A stretch of DNA of 34,482 nt from assembly GCA_035628315.1 (NCBI GenBank), contig DASPKB010000218.1, forward strand, positions 1-34,482. Reading direction: 5' to 3'. The notes beneath the pieces were generated by a model that did no database searches, had not been told where the DNA came from, and saw nothing but the letters and a program-made list of their open reading frames with translations. The stretch's first letter is position 1. Each line of letters starts with the position of its first letter. Positions 1 through 8,629 of the stretch are shown piece by piece. Both the position numbers and the translations under genes were made by a program. Source of the DNA: Gemmatimonadales bacterium. GTDB taxonomy: Bacteria; Gemmatimonadota; Gemmatimonadetes; Gemmatimonadales; GWC2-71-9.

Positions 1-1230
1 CATCGCTCGAATGTGGCCGGTCTTGGCCTCGAGGGTTACGACCAGGCCTTGCAGATATGGCGTAGTGGTGCGGCTGTCGTCGTCCCCGTTGTCACTCTTG
101 GACTCGAGATACTGTCGGTAAGTGTCGTGGGGGAACTTCCCGTCGGCTCCGCTCTCTATGGCCTCCAGCCGTGCCTCGAGTGCCCGCTCCGCTGCCTGCT
201 GGATGTCCAGATCGAGCGTGGTATAGATCCGGTAGCCGGAGGTGTAGAGCTCCCGGCCGAAGCGGGCCTCGAGCTGCTGCCGCACGTACTCCACGAAGTA
301 CTCAGCCACGCCGCTGTAGTCCGAATGGGACGAGAGCAGGAGCGGGTAGGCCTTCCACCGCTCAGCCTCCTCCGTGCTGAGAAGCTGGTTGTCGCGCAAC
401 AGATTCACTACCGTGTTGCGGCGCTGGATGTTCAGGTTGGGATTGCGGCGCGGGTTGTAGCGCGATGGAGCCTTCGGAATAGCCGCGAGGGTGGCTGCCT
501 CGGCCACATTGAGGTCGCGAACCGATTTGCCAAAGTAGCGCTGGGACGCCGCCTCGACGCCGTAGGCCCCGTTCCCCAGCGGAATCTGGTTCAGGTAGAT
601 CTCGAGGATCTTATCCTTGGGATACTTGCTCTCTATCTGCCGGGCCACACGGGCCTCCCGCAGTTTGCGCCGCAGTGACTTGTCCCGTCCGCTGATGTCT
701 TCCACCCAGATGTTCCGGGCGAGCTGCATCGTGATGGTGGAAAACCCCTCGGCAAACCTGAGCTGGAAGATGTTGGTCTTGATGGCACCGAACACCCGGT
801 ACCAGTCGATTCCGTGGTGCTGGTAGAAGCGCTTGTCTTCCGTGGCAAGAAAAGCCGCTTTGACATAGGGCGACATTTCGCCCAGCGGAATGACCGTCCG
901 GCGCTCCAATCCGAGATCGGTGATCAGCCGTCCATCGGCAGCGTAGACCTTGGAAGCCTGATTGGGGTCGTAGCCTCCCAACTCGTCGATCGAAGGACAG
1001 GTGTTGCCGGCGCACGCGCCACTCCACGCGGCTATCAGAAACGCGAGGCCGAGCGCAAAGGTCGCCAGGATACCCACCAGGACGTTGCGCCGAGCTCGGG
1101 GTGAAAGCCGGAACCGCCTGAGATCCGGCAGGCGGAAGCCGCTCTTCACCGACCTACGGTAGCGAGGAGCTGGGTCCGCGTGCTGGTTCAGTGGATCAAG
1201 AGGATCCAAAGGATCCTGTGGGTGGGTCAT
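1..1230 (-). CDS. mrcA: Class A penicillin-binding protein (PBP1A-type transglycosylase/transpeptidase), N-terminal ~410 codons; C-terminus lies beyond the left edge
   Basis: Absent from the ORF track because it has no stop in the window. The minus-strand frame from ATG 1230 reads [16 protein letters not shown]...[21 protein letters not shown] (membrane anchor). It then shows GT51 transglycosylase motifs: [84 protein letters not shown]. It is still open at the edge (...[11 protein letters not shown]). Confidence 0.9.
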   Translation of the reverse strand, partial: MTHPQDPLDPLDPLNQHADPAPRYRRSVKSGFRLPDLRRFRLSPRARRNVLVGILATFALGLAFLIAAWSGACAGNTCPSIDELGGYDPNQASKVYAADGRLITDLGLERRTVIPLGEMSPYVKAAFLATEDKRFYQHHGIDWYRVFGAIKTNIFQLRFAEGFSTITMQLARNIWVEDISGRDKSLRRKLREARVARQIESKYPKDKILEIYLNQIPLGNGAYGVEAASQRYFGKSVRDLNVAEAATLAAIPKAPSRYNPRRNPNLNIQRRNTVVNLLRDNQLLSTEEAERWKAYPLLLSSHSDYSGVAEYFVEYVRQQLEARFGRELYTSGYRIYTTLDLDIQQAAERALEARLEAIESGADGKFPHDTYRQYLESKSDNGDDDSRTTTPYLQGLVVTLEAKTGHIRAM

Positions 1231-1236
1231 ACGCGC

Positions 1237-1265
1237 AAACTAGCCAATTGCTATGCTCGAAACCA
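1237..1265 (-). promoter_or_regulatory. Candidate promoter of the PBP gene, near-leaderless
   Basis: Minus strand: TGGTTT, 17 nt, TAGTTT, then 6 nt to ATG 1230. The -35 is weak. It interdigitates with the tyrS promoter. Confidence 0.25.
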
Positions 1266-1276
1266 GCGGGTACCAT
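1248..1276 (+). promoter_or_regulatory. Candidate sigma70-type promoter of tyrS, near-leaderless
   Basis: TTGCTA (1248-1253), 17-nt spacer, TACCAT (1271-1276), then 8 nt to ATG 1285. No Shine-Dalgarno sequence. Confidence 0.35.
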
Positions 1277-1284
1277 TGGCGCCT

Positions 1285-2559
1285 ATGAACGAACTGCTCA
1301 AAACTTTGACGGCTCGTGGCCTGCTTCAGGACGCTACCGCCGGGCTCGATCAGCGGCTCGAACAGGGGCCGCTCACCGCCTATGTAGGTATCGACCCAAC
1401 GGCTGATTCTCTCCATGTCGGAAGCCTGGTGCCGGTGATCGGGGCAGCCTGGCTGCAGCGGTATGGGCATACTCCGATTGTTGTGGTGGGCGGAGGAACC
1501 GGCATGGTTGGTGACCCGAGCGGCAAGCGATCGGAACGGCCCGTCCTGCCGATCGAGGTGATCGACCGAAACGTAGAGGGAATCCGCCGGCAGCTCACCC
1601 GGTTCCTGAAGGTCGAAGGGTCCGAACCCAATGCTGCTCGCCTCAGGAACAACGCTGACTGGCTGCGGCAGCTTCCGCTCATGGAGTTCCTGCGCGATAC
1701 CGGCAAGCACCTTACCCTCGGCTTCATGCTTCAGAAGGAAAGCGTACGCAGCCGGCTGGAGAGCGGTATCAGCTACACCGAGTTCAGCTACATGGTAATT
1801 CAGGCCTACGACTTCTGGCATCTGTTTAGAAACGACCAGTGCGAGCTGCAGATCGGCGGCAGCGACCAATGGGGCAATATCACTGCCGGGATCGAGCTGA
1901 TTGGCAAGCGCGAAGGGCGGCAAGCCTATGGATTGGTGTTCCCCCTGGTTACAACCAGCTCTGGAGCGAAGTTCGGCAAGAGTGAAGCTGGCAACATCTG
2001 GCTGGACCCGGCCCGGACCACGCCTTACCAGTTCTATCAGTTCTGGATCAACATCGATGATCGGGATGTCGAGCGTTACCTGAAGCTCTTTACGTTCCTA
2101 CCGCTCGACAGCATCCAGGAAACTCTGGCGGGCCACGCCCGCGAGCCCGGCAAGCGCATTGCCCAGCGCCTGTTGGCGCGTGATGTCACCGCCCGAGTTC
2201 ACGGCGAGGCCGCGGCGGAAGAGGCGATCCGCACCAGTGCGGCGCTCTTTGGCGGGGGGCGCGGGTCCGAAGGACTGGCAACCGACGCGCTACCCGACAT
2301 GCCGACCCGCCAGGTGTCCCGCTCCGAACTGGGGGCTCGTTTCAATGTGGTGGACCTGCTCGTCGCCAGCGGCCTCGCCACCTCGAAGGCCGATGCCCGC
2401 CGAGGGATCCAGGGTAAGGGTTTCTACCTGAACGATGAGCCGATTCTGGCCAGCGATCTTGTGGTCGACGAAACCCAGCTGCAGGGCCCGCCGGACAGCC
2501 CTTTCGTCATTCTTCGGAAGGGAAAGAAGAATTACGTACGGCTGATGCTCCAGCCTTAG
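1285..2559 (+). CDS. tyrS: Tyrosine--tRNA ligase
   Basis: Frame of ORF 1180..2559. Start moved to ATG 1285 ([16 protein letters not shown]) because the upstream 35 codons overlap the divergent PBP gene. Class I signatures HVGS (HIGH) and KFGKS (KMSKS) are present, plus a C-terminal S4-like domain ([21 protein letters not shown]). Confidence 0.95.
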   Translation: MNELLKTLTARGLLQDATAGLDQRLEQGPLTAYVGIDPTADSLHVGSLVPVIGAAWLQRYGHTPIVVVGGGTGMVGDPSGKRSERPVLPIEVIDRNVEGIRRQLTRFLKVEGSEPNAARLRNNADWLRQLPLMEFLRDTGKHLTLGFMLQKESVRSRLESGISYTEFSYMVIQAYDFWHLFRNDQCELQIGGSDQWGNITAGIELIGKREGRQAYGLVFPLVTTSSGAKFGKSEAGNIWLDPARTTPYQFYQFWINIDDRDVERYLKLFTFLPLDSIQETLAGHAREPGKRIAQRLLARDVTARVHGEAAAEEAIRTSAALFGGGRGSEGLATDALPDMPTRQVSRSELGARFNVVDLLVASGLATSKADARRGIQGKGFYLNDEPILASDLVVDETQLQGPPDSPFVILRKGKKNYVRLMLQP

Positions 2560-3262
2560 GGATAAAGGTGTATTCGGTGCCGGCAGAGGATACTGCCGCC
2601 ACGGCGTACCCGGCGGATTCGAGAAATCCTATAGCCCGACGGGTCCGCGCTGCGCCAACCTCCTTCCAGCGGTGGTGGAACTCGACGAGTATCTGACCCA
2701 CGGGAATGTTGCTGTCGAGTAGATCAGGCAGCACTTCGTACTCAGCTCCCTCGATATCCATCTTCAGGACATCCACTCTGGTGTGACCCAGCATTGCCGT
2801 GAGCGAGCGGAATCGACGCACCGGCGCCTCGATTGCCTGGCCCAGGCCCGAGCTCCGAACCATGCTGAACGACTCGAACTTAAGCTTCGTGGGAGGCTGG
2901 AAACAGGCAACGCCGTCGTATGGCGCAATCCCCAGCTCGTGCAGATGGAAATTGGGGGGCAGCTGTTGCGACCTCACCCAGGCAAGGGCCAGAGGGGTGG
3001 GGTCGAATGCGTGAACGGTGAGGCCGTATCGCTCGATCATCCCGCGCTCGAAGCTGATGTCGCGGCCAACACCACACGAGTAAAGCACGCTGTCCCGGCC
3101 GAGCGCGTCAGGCCATATCACCCACGACCCCGGCCCTTCGCCTAGAGTCACCAGTGGCACCGAGCACTGCGGGCGAACGAAGACGTCGAGCCCGGCTTGA
3201 GCCTTGACCCATCGCTTGACGGTCCGGAATGCCTCCCGAAGCTCCAGGGAGCCGGCGCTCAC
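2507..3262 (-). CDS. FkbM-family SAM-dependent methyltransferase
   Basis: 251-aa ORF with the hallmark FkbM/Methyltransf_21 block [17 protein letters not shown] and CGVG near the N-terminus. Its GTG start overlaps the upstream stop (GTGA at 3259-3262). Confidence 0.8.
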   Translation of the reverse strand: MSAGSLELREAFRTVKRWVKAQAGLDVFVRPQCSVPLVTLGEGPGSWVIWPDALGRDSVLYSCGVGRDISFERGMIERYGLTVHAFDPTPLALAWVRSQQLPPNFHLHELGIAPYDGVACFQPPTKLKFESFSMVRSSGLGQAIEAPVRRFRSLTAMLGHTRVDVLKMDIEGAEYEVLPDLLDSNIPVGQILVEFHHRWKEVGAARTRRAIGFLESAGYAVAAVSSAGTEYTFIPKAGASAVRNSSFPSEE

Positions 3263-4797
3263 CAGCGGCTTTGCCGACGGCGAGAGCTGCGGGGAGGCTT
3301 GGCGCCGAGGAGGCCAAAAACTCCGCGGACTACCTCGCGGAGAACGGTCCTTCCCGCCGATGAAGAGACCACGTCGCCGGCGACCTCAGCCATGGTTTTC
3401 CCCGCTCGTTTGCGCGACGGTAGCGACGGCTCCGGGCCCTCTTCAGAGCCGATTTTCGCCATGCGGGCCGCCAGAATCTCTCGGGCACTTTCCCGGTCGA
3501 TCACGCGGCCGTACTCCGCCAGCAGATCCGACGAACGAATGTCGGCCTGAAGCTCGTCTTCGGTGAGGGGCGCCATGCGAGAAGCGGGAGGAACCAGCCG
3601 GGTGGCCACCACTGGGGTAGGGGTTCCCCGGCTGTTGAGCACCGTCACTACCGCTTCGCCGATGCCGAGCGAGGTGAGGGTTTCAGCTAGATCGTAGAAG
3701 GTCGTACGCGGAAAAGTGCGGGCAGCTGCCTTCAGTGCCTGCTCATCGTCTGGTGTATGCGCTCGGAGAGCGTGCTGGATCCGGTTTCCCAGCTGCGCCA
3801 GAATAGCTTCCGGCACGTCCTTGGGAGTTTGGGTGACGAAATAGACGCCAACCCCCTTCGAGCGAATCAGCCGGACGACCTGGTCGATTTGAACGAGGAA
3901 GGCCTTGGGAGCATCCTTGAATAACAGGTGCGCCTCGTCAAAGAAGAATACCAGCTTGGGCTTGGCGAGATCTCCGGCTTCCGGCAGGTTCTGGTACAGC
4001 TCGGCCAGAAGCCACATCATAAAAGTCGAAAACAGCTTCGGCTTGTCGGCCACATCAGGCAGCTCGAGACAGGTCACTACGCCGCGGCCGTCCGAGGTCA
4101 CCCGCAGCATGTCCTGGACGGCGAACTCCGGCTCGCCAAAAAACTTTCCCGCTCCCTGCGACTCGAGCTCGACCATCTTTCTGAGCAGCACACCCACCGA
4201 CGCGCTCGACAGGCCACCGTACTGAGCCAGCGCGGGCTTCCCCTCGTCGGACACAAGAAACTGTAAGACCGCCCTTAGGTCAGGAAAATCCAGCAAAGCC
4301 ATCCCGTTATCGTCGGCGTACTTGAAGACCATCGTGAGCACGCTGGTTTGCGTATCGTTCAGCGAGAGCACTTTGCTCAGCAGCAGGGGACCAAACGAGC
4401 TTACCGTGGCTCGGAGCTGAACGCCCGATGCGCCGGTGAGACTCACGAATTCCACCGGAACCCCCGCCGGCGTCCACTGCCAGCCAATCTCCCGGGCGCG
4501 GGCAATGACCCGGTCGCTCGATGGGCCCGGCATGGCCAGACCAGACAGGTCGCCCTTCATGTCTCCCACGAACACGGGCACCCCGTGGGCTGAGAACTGT
4601 TCGGTCAGCAGCTGCAGCGTCCTGGTTTTACCGGTGCCGGTGGCTCCGGCGATCAGGCCATGACGGTTGGCCATGGCCAGTGGGAGGCGGATCTTTGGGT
4701 CCTGGTGCACCGTCGCGCCTTCGAGCGCAGCTCCCAGCATTAGCGCCGGCTCCTGAAATCCATAGCTTTCGAGAAGCATGTCCTGGAAACTCTTCAT
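3259..4797 (-). CDS. yjgR: DUF853 / HerA-like C-terminal-domain P-loop ATPase (YjgR family)
   Basis: 512 aa. Walker A is GATGTGKT, Walker B-like is KLVFFFDEAH, and the overall pattern resembles E. coli YjgR. The C-terminal tail is basic. ATGA overlap with the upstream gene at 4794-4797. Confidence 0.8.
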   Translation of the reverse strand: MKSFQDMLLESYGFQEPALMLGAALEGATVHQDPKIRLPLAMANRHGLIAGATGTGKTRTLQLLTEQFSAHGVPVFVGDMKGDLSGLAMPGPSSDRVIARAREIGWQWTPAGVPVEFVSLTGASGVQLRATVSSFGPLLLSKVLSLNDTQTSVLTMVFKYADDNGMALLDFPDLRAVLQFLVSDEGKPALAQYGGLSSASVGVLLRKMVELESQGAGKFFGEPEFAVQDMLRVTSDGRGVVTCLELPDVADKPKLFSTFMMWLLAELYQNLPEAGDLAKPKLVFFFDEAHLLFKDAPKAFLVQIDQVVRLIRSKGVGVYFVTQTPKDVPEAILAQLGNRIQHALRAHTPDDEQALKAAARTFPRTTFYDLAETLTSLGIGEAVVTVLNSRGTPTPVVATRLVPPASRMAPLTEDELQADIRSSDLLAEYGRVIDRESAREILAARMAKIGSEEGPEPSLPSRKRAGKTMAEVAGDVVSSSAGRTVLREVVRGVFGLLGAKPPRSSRRRQSRW

Positions 4798-5969
4798 GAC
4801 TGCTCCAGGATCTCGACCACGCGTTCCAGCTCCTCCAGTGTGTTATAGGCGTGCGGGCTCAGCCGGATGGCGCCCTCCCGCAGGCTGCAAACGATGTGTG
4901 CCGCCTTGAGCGAGCGAAAGGCCTCTCCGACGTTGGGCGGAGCCACGCACAAAATCCCGGAGCCCCGGGCCCCGATCGGTGAGGATATTCGGGCTCCGGA
5001 TCGTGCGGCCCATGCCAGAACCGGCTGCTGAAGCGACCGAACATGATCGCCGATCCGCTCGACACCCAGATCGAGCAGCATTCTGAGCGAGGCGTTCATC
5101 CCGGCAAAATCCTGATACGGCAGTGTAATCAGTTCGAAACGGCGGGCGTCACCGCGGAGCGTGTCGTTGTATTGGGTCAGCCGGCTGAAGTCATCGGTAC
5201 CCTCGAACGCCATCCACCCGGTGACTGACGGCTGAAGCTGACGGATCAGCTCCCGGCGTACGTAGACGAATCCCGAGCCCCAGGGAGACAGCAGCCACTT
5301 CTGGGCTCCGCAGGCGAGGATGTCCACCTGGGTTTTCCGCACATCCACCGGGATCTGACCCACTCCCTGAATTCCATCCACCACGAGAAAGGTCCCGGCC
5401 TCCCGGGTAGCTGACGAGAGCCGCGCCAGGTCTACCGTGTAGCCGTTGCTGAACTGAACCAGTGACACTGCAAGCACGCGAACTCGTGGATCTCGGAGCC
5501 GCTCGAGCAGATGCTCCTCGTTGGGCCAGCCTTCGGCCGTCGTCGGCGCCAGCTCCAGGGTTACTCCGAGCTCCCTGAGCAACATCCAGGGGTAAACGTT
5601 GGCCGGGAACTCCTTGTCGCTCGCCAGAACGATGTCACCGGCTCGGAGCGGCAGCGCTCGGGCCGCCAGACTCAGGCCGAAGCCGGTGTTGATCGTAAGG
5701 GCGATCTCCTGCGGCTCGGCGCCGATCAGCTCGGCGGCAAGCTGCCGAGATGTCGCCATGGTGGCCATGAGATCCCGGTCCGGGAGTTGAAAGGGAGCCG
5801 AGCGCTTCCGGTTGAATTCGTCGAGGGTGAGCCGGGTCCGCTCCGGCAGCGGTCCCACGCTCGCGTGATTCAAATACGTGGTATCGCGGGTCCAGGGAAA
5901 TTCTGTCCGGCGAAGGTGGGCTACGTCGTAGCCGGGGTTGTTAGCGCTCAGTTCTAAGCTTGGGATCAT
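4794..5969 (-). CDS. Aminotransferase class V-fold PLP-dependent enzyme (NifS/kynureninase-like; specificity unknown)
   Basis: N-terminal YLNHASVGPLP and the PLP-lysine block ACGAQKWLLSPWGSGF, ending ...IRLSPHAYNTLEEL. Start is ATG 5969 or GTG 5978; either overlaps the 3' end of the upstream permease. Confidence 0.8.
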   Translation of the reverse strand: MIPSLELSANNPGYDVAHLRRTEFPWTRDTTYLNHASVGPLPERTRLTLDEFNRKRSAPFQLPDRDLMATMATSRQLAAELIGAEPQEIALTINTGFGLSLAARALPLRAGDIVLASDKEFPANVYPWMLLRELGVTLELAPTTAEGWPNEEHLLERLRDPRVRVLAVSLVQFSNGYTVDLARLSSATREAGTFLVVDGIQGVGQIPVDVRKTQVDILACGAQKWLLSPWGSGFVYVRRELIRQLQPSVTGWMAFEGTDDFSRLTQYNDTLRGDARRFELITLPYQDFAGMNASLRMLLDLGVERIGDHVRSLQQPVLAWAARSGARISSPIGARGSGILCVAPPNVGEAFRSLKAAHIVCSLREGAIRLSPHAYNTLEELERVVEILEQS

Positions 5970-6786
5970 ACGCCTCACGTAGTCCGTCGCCCACCAGATT
6001 GAACCCTAACACCGCCACGCCGATCGCGAGCCCCGGAGCGAACGAAATCCAGGGAGCCACCCGCAGGAGGTCGCGCCCATCGGCCACCATGGCGCCCCAG
6101 CTGGGAGTGGGAGGCTGGGCTCCGAGCCCGACAAAGGAGAGTGCCGCTTCGGCCATGATCGCTCCAGCGATGCCCAGCGTCGCTGCAATGATCACTTGCG
6201 TGCGCACATTGGGCAGCAAGTGACGGAGCAGAACCCTGCGATCGCGGGCTCCAAGCGCCTGAGCCGCCAGCACGTATTCCGATCGCCGGAGGATGAGTAC
6301 CTGGCTTCGAACCAGCCGGGCCATCCCGGCCCACCCCACCAGGCCGATCACGACGAAAACCACCGGCAGCGATGGGTTGACTGCGGCAGCTACGGCAATC
6401 AGCAGGAGCAGGGTTGGGAAGGCCAGTGTTATGTCGGCCAGCCGCATCACCAGGGCATCGACCCAACGCCCATAGTAGCCGGCGAGCAGCCCCAGCAGGA
6501 CACCAATGGTGACCGACACCGATTGGGAGATCAGTCCAACCGACAGCGACAGGCGGGCGCCGTAGAGAACCCGGCTGAGGACATCGCGGCCCTGCGTATC
6601 GGTGCCGAGCAGGAACCGGGAACCCGGCTCGACCAGGTAGGCCCCCCGCAAGTCCCCTAGAACTGGATTGGCTGGAGCGAGCCAGGGAGCGAACACCGCG
6701 GCACCCACCACCAGCCCAACGAAGACGAGCCCCAGCTGGAAAAAGCGGTCGGTTCGCAGTTTGACTGCTAGTGCGCTCTGTGGCAT
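5941..6786 (-). CDS. ABC transporter permease, OppC/DppC type
   Basis: OppC N-terminal signature LLGTDTQGRDVLSRVLYGARLSL and EAA loop EYVLAAQALGARDRRVLLRHLLPN, with multiple hydrophobic spans. Start placed at ATG 6786 (MPQSALAVKL); the ORF track extends to GTG 6834. Confidence 0.85.
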   Translation of the reverse strand: MPQSALAVKLRTDRFFQLGLVFVGLVVGAAVFAPWLAPANPVLGDLRGAYLVEPGSRFLLGTDTQGRDVLSRVLYGARLSLSVGLISQSVSVTIGVLLGLLAGYYGRWVDALVMRLADITLAFPTLLLLIAVAAAVNPSLPVVFVVIGLVGWAGMARLVRSQVLILRRSEYVLAAQALGARDRRVLLRHLLPNVRTQVIIAATLGIAGAIMAEAALSFVGLGAQPPTPSWGAMVADGRDLLRVAPWISFAPGLAIGVAVLGFNLVGDGLREAYDPKLRTER

Positions 6787-6930
6787 CCTGCTTCCGTGAC
6801 GTGCGTTACGCTGGCCCGGACACGGTATGCGCACGCCCTACCAACCCCGGCCAGAGAATTGGTGGCGCACGATTCTTGCACTTTACTCATTCTCACTTGT
6901 AGGACCCTGTAAACTCTGTGGGAGCGGCGC

Positions 6931-7992
6931 GTGATACCAGATAGTCCTTTTACTCTGGTGCTCAGTGGCGGAGGTTTGAAGGGCCTGGCCCACATCGGCG
7001 TGCTTCGCGCCCTGGAGGAGCGGGACCTGGTTCCCAGCCTGGTCGTGGGCTCGAGTATCGGATCGCTGATCGCTGCAGCGTGGGCGGCAGGCGTTCCCAC
7101 CCGCCACATGGAGGCCCGCGCCCGGCTGGTCCGTCGCCGGGATGTATTCCAGGTTGCCCGAGCTGATGTTGCCTTCCGCCGTCTCCTGGCTCCCGCCCTG
7201 TACCGGCGTGAACCCCTCGAGATGTTGATCGAACATCTGGTGGGGGATGTAACCTTTGACGACCTCCAGCGGCGACTGCTTATCAATACCGTCGATCTCC
7301 ACTCCGGCATGCAGGTGATGTGGGGACTCCCAGGCCTTCGGAGCGCCCGGGTAGCGGATGCGGTGGCGGCCTCCTGTGCGCTCCCCGGAATCTTCCCCCC
7401 TCGCGAGATCAACGGCCGGTCCTACGTCGATGGTGCCGTGGTGGAAAACCTGCCCGTGCGCATGGCGGCGTCTCTCGGCCAAGGCCCCATTCTGGCCATC
7501 AATGTCGCCGCAACCAGCGTGCTGCGCTCGGAGACTGAGACCCAGGGGTTTGCCGCCACCTATATCCGCGGTCTCGAGATCGTAATGCAGACTCAGATCG
7601 AGGCTCAGCTCCGCGACTGGAAGGGTCCTCCCCTCGTCCTGGTTCAGCCACGGGTCGAGCATATCTCCATGTTCGCCTTCGACAAGACCGAAGAGTTGAT
7701 CGAGGCCGGATACCGGGCCACTTCAAGTACTCTCGACCAGTTGGGAACGCGGTTGAGCGGAGTCACCCCAGGGATGCATCCTACTCGGCGGCTTCGGGTT
7801 CTGGTGGACGAGTCCCGCTGTGTCGGGTGTGGCTCCTGCGTAGTTCAGGCCCCCCAGGTTTTCCGCCTCGATGCCCGAGGGAAGGCCGAAGTACTCACCC
7901 CGGTGCAGTCGTGGTCGCCGATCGATGGCGCCTACGTCCTCAACTGTCCTACCTACGCGATCAGCGTGCGTCCCGAAGACTCGGCGGCCTGA
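6931..7992 (+). CDS. Patatin-like phospholipase fused to a C-terminal single-cluster 4Fe-4S ferredoxin domain
   Basis: Patatin motifs: oxyanion SGGGLKG, nucleophile elbow GSSIG (Ser42), catalytic Asp in YVDGAV (Asp167). C-terminal residues ~287-347 read RVLVDESRCVGCGSCVVQAPQVFRLD...VLNCPTYAISV, i.e. CxxCxxC...CP as in small ferredoxins. GTG start is preceded by GGGAG. Confidence 0.85.
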   Translation: MIPDSPFTLVLSGGGLKGLAHIGVLRALEERDLVPSLVVGSSIGSLIAAAWAAGVPTRHMEARARLVRRRDVFQVARADVAFRRLLAPALYRREPLEMLIEHLVGDVTFDDLQRRLLINTVDLHSGMQVMWGLPGLRSARVADAVAASCALPGIFPPREINGRSYVDGAVVENLPVRMAASLGQGPILAINVAATSVLRSETETQGFAATYIRGLEIVMQTQIEAQLRDWKGPPLVLVQPRVEHISMFAFDKTEELIEAGYRATSSTLDQLGTRLSGVTPGMHPTRRLRVLVDESRCVGCGSCVVQAPQVFRLDARGKAEVLTPVQSWSPIDGAYVLNCPTYAISVRPEDSAA

Positions 7993-8629
7993 CCTCAAAA
8001 ATGAACACCGCCGCACCCGCCTGTTTGAGCGGGAGCAAATTTCGAAGCGGCGTACGATAGTAGCGGCGTATCCGGGTGACTCCCCATGGAGAAAGCACCC
8101 CATTGAGCGATCTCTCATCGTAGGCCCGTTTGTGGTCTGGGTCCCAGAAGAATCGACCTACGGGAGTGGTACCTACCAGCATTCCACCCGGAACCAGGAA
8201 CCTGATCAGGCTGCCGATGAAGGCTCGATCGTCCTCTATGTGCTCGAGGACTTCGTTGCAGTAGACCAGATCGAATTGTCCGGGACCGGGCGGCACGGTC
8301 GTAAAGGTCGGATGCTGTGCCCTTCCCCGGAAACGTTCTGCCTGGGCTATGGCGGAAGGAGAAAGGTCATAACCTACGGCCTGCGCTCCCAGCTGTTGCA
8401 GCCGGATGGTGAAAACCCCGTCCATGCACCCGAAATCGAGGACCCGCTTGCCCTCAGGCGGATACCGCCGGAGCAGAACGCGCTGCCGCCAAAGCAAGTG
8501 GCGAAGCCGCCAATCGAGGTCCAATGCTCTGGCTCCCTGTCGGTCCAGCCACACCCGATATTGGCGATCGTACTCGGCAGCCATGTCTGCCGGCGCCGTG
8601 TCAACCGGCGGCCCGCTGTCTCTTGTCAT
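7961..8629 (-). CDS. Class I SAM-dependent methyltransferase
   Basis: Motif I VLDFGCMDGVF, post-I YDLS and motif IV-like LVPGGMLVGTTP. ATGA overlap with the upstream GT4 stop at 8626-8629 suggests a glycan-modifying role (inference). Confidence 0.8.
   Translation of the reverse strand: MTRDSGPPVDTAPADMAAEYDRQYRVWLDRQGARALDLDWRLRHLLWRQRVLLRRYPPEGKRVLDFGCMDGVFTIRLQQLGAQAVGYDLSPSAIAQAERFRGRAQHPTFTTVPPGPGQFDLVYCNEVLEHIEDDRAFIGSLIRFLVPGGMLVGTTPVGRFFWDPDHKRAYDERSLNGVLSPWGVTRIRRYYRTPLRNLLPLKQAGAAVFIFEVRPPSLRDAR

Noticed and set aside
1193-1219. Three 9-bp tandem units (ggatcaaga ggatccaaa ggatcctgt) giving three GATC sites 9 bp apart near the divergent promoter
   Set aside because: The units lie inside the PBP coding region and simply encode the repeated DPL-DPL-DPL cytoplasmic tail. 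There is no evidence for Dam-type regulation. It is a minor coding microsatellite.
3259-4797. HerA-like ATPase as part of a Sir2-HerA or DUF4297-HerA defence pair
   Set aside because: The protein matches the DUF853/YjgR pattern rather than defence-type HerA. No Sir2, DUF4297 or nuclease partner is adjacent. I keep the operon as an oddity, not as a defence call.
6931-7992. Patatin-like lipase as a CBASS (CapV-type) effector
   Set aside because: There is no CD-NTase/cyclase, no Cap2/Cap3 and no neighbouring co-directional gene. The gene stands alone and carries a ferredoxin module instead.
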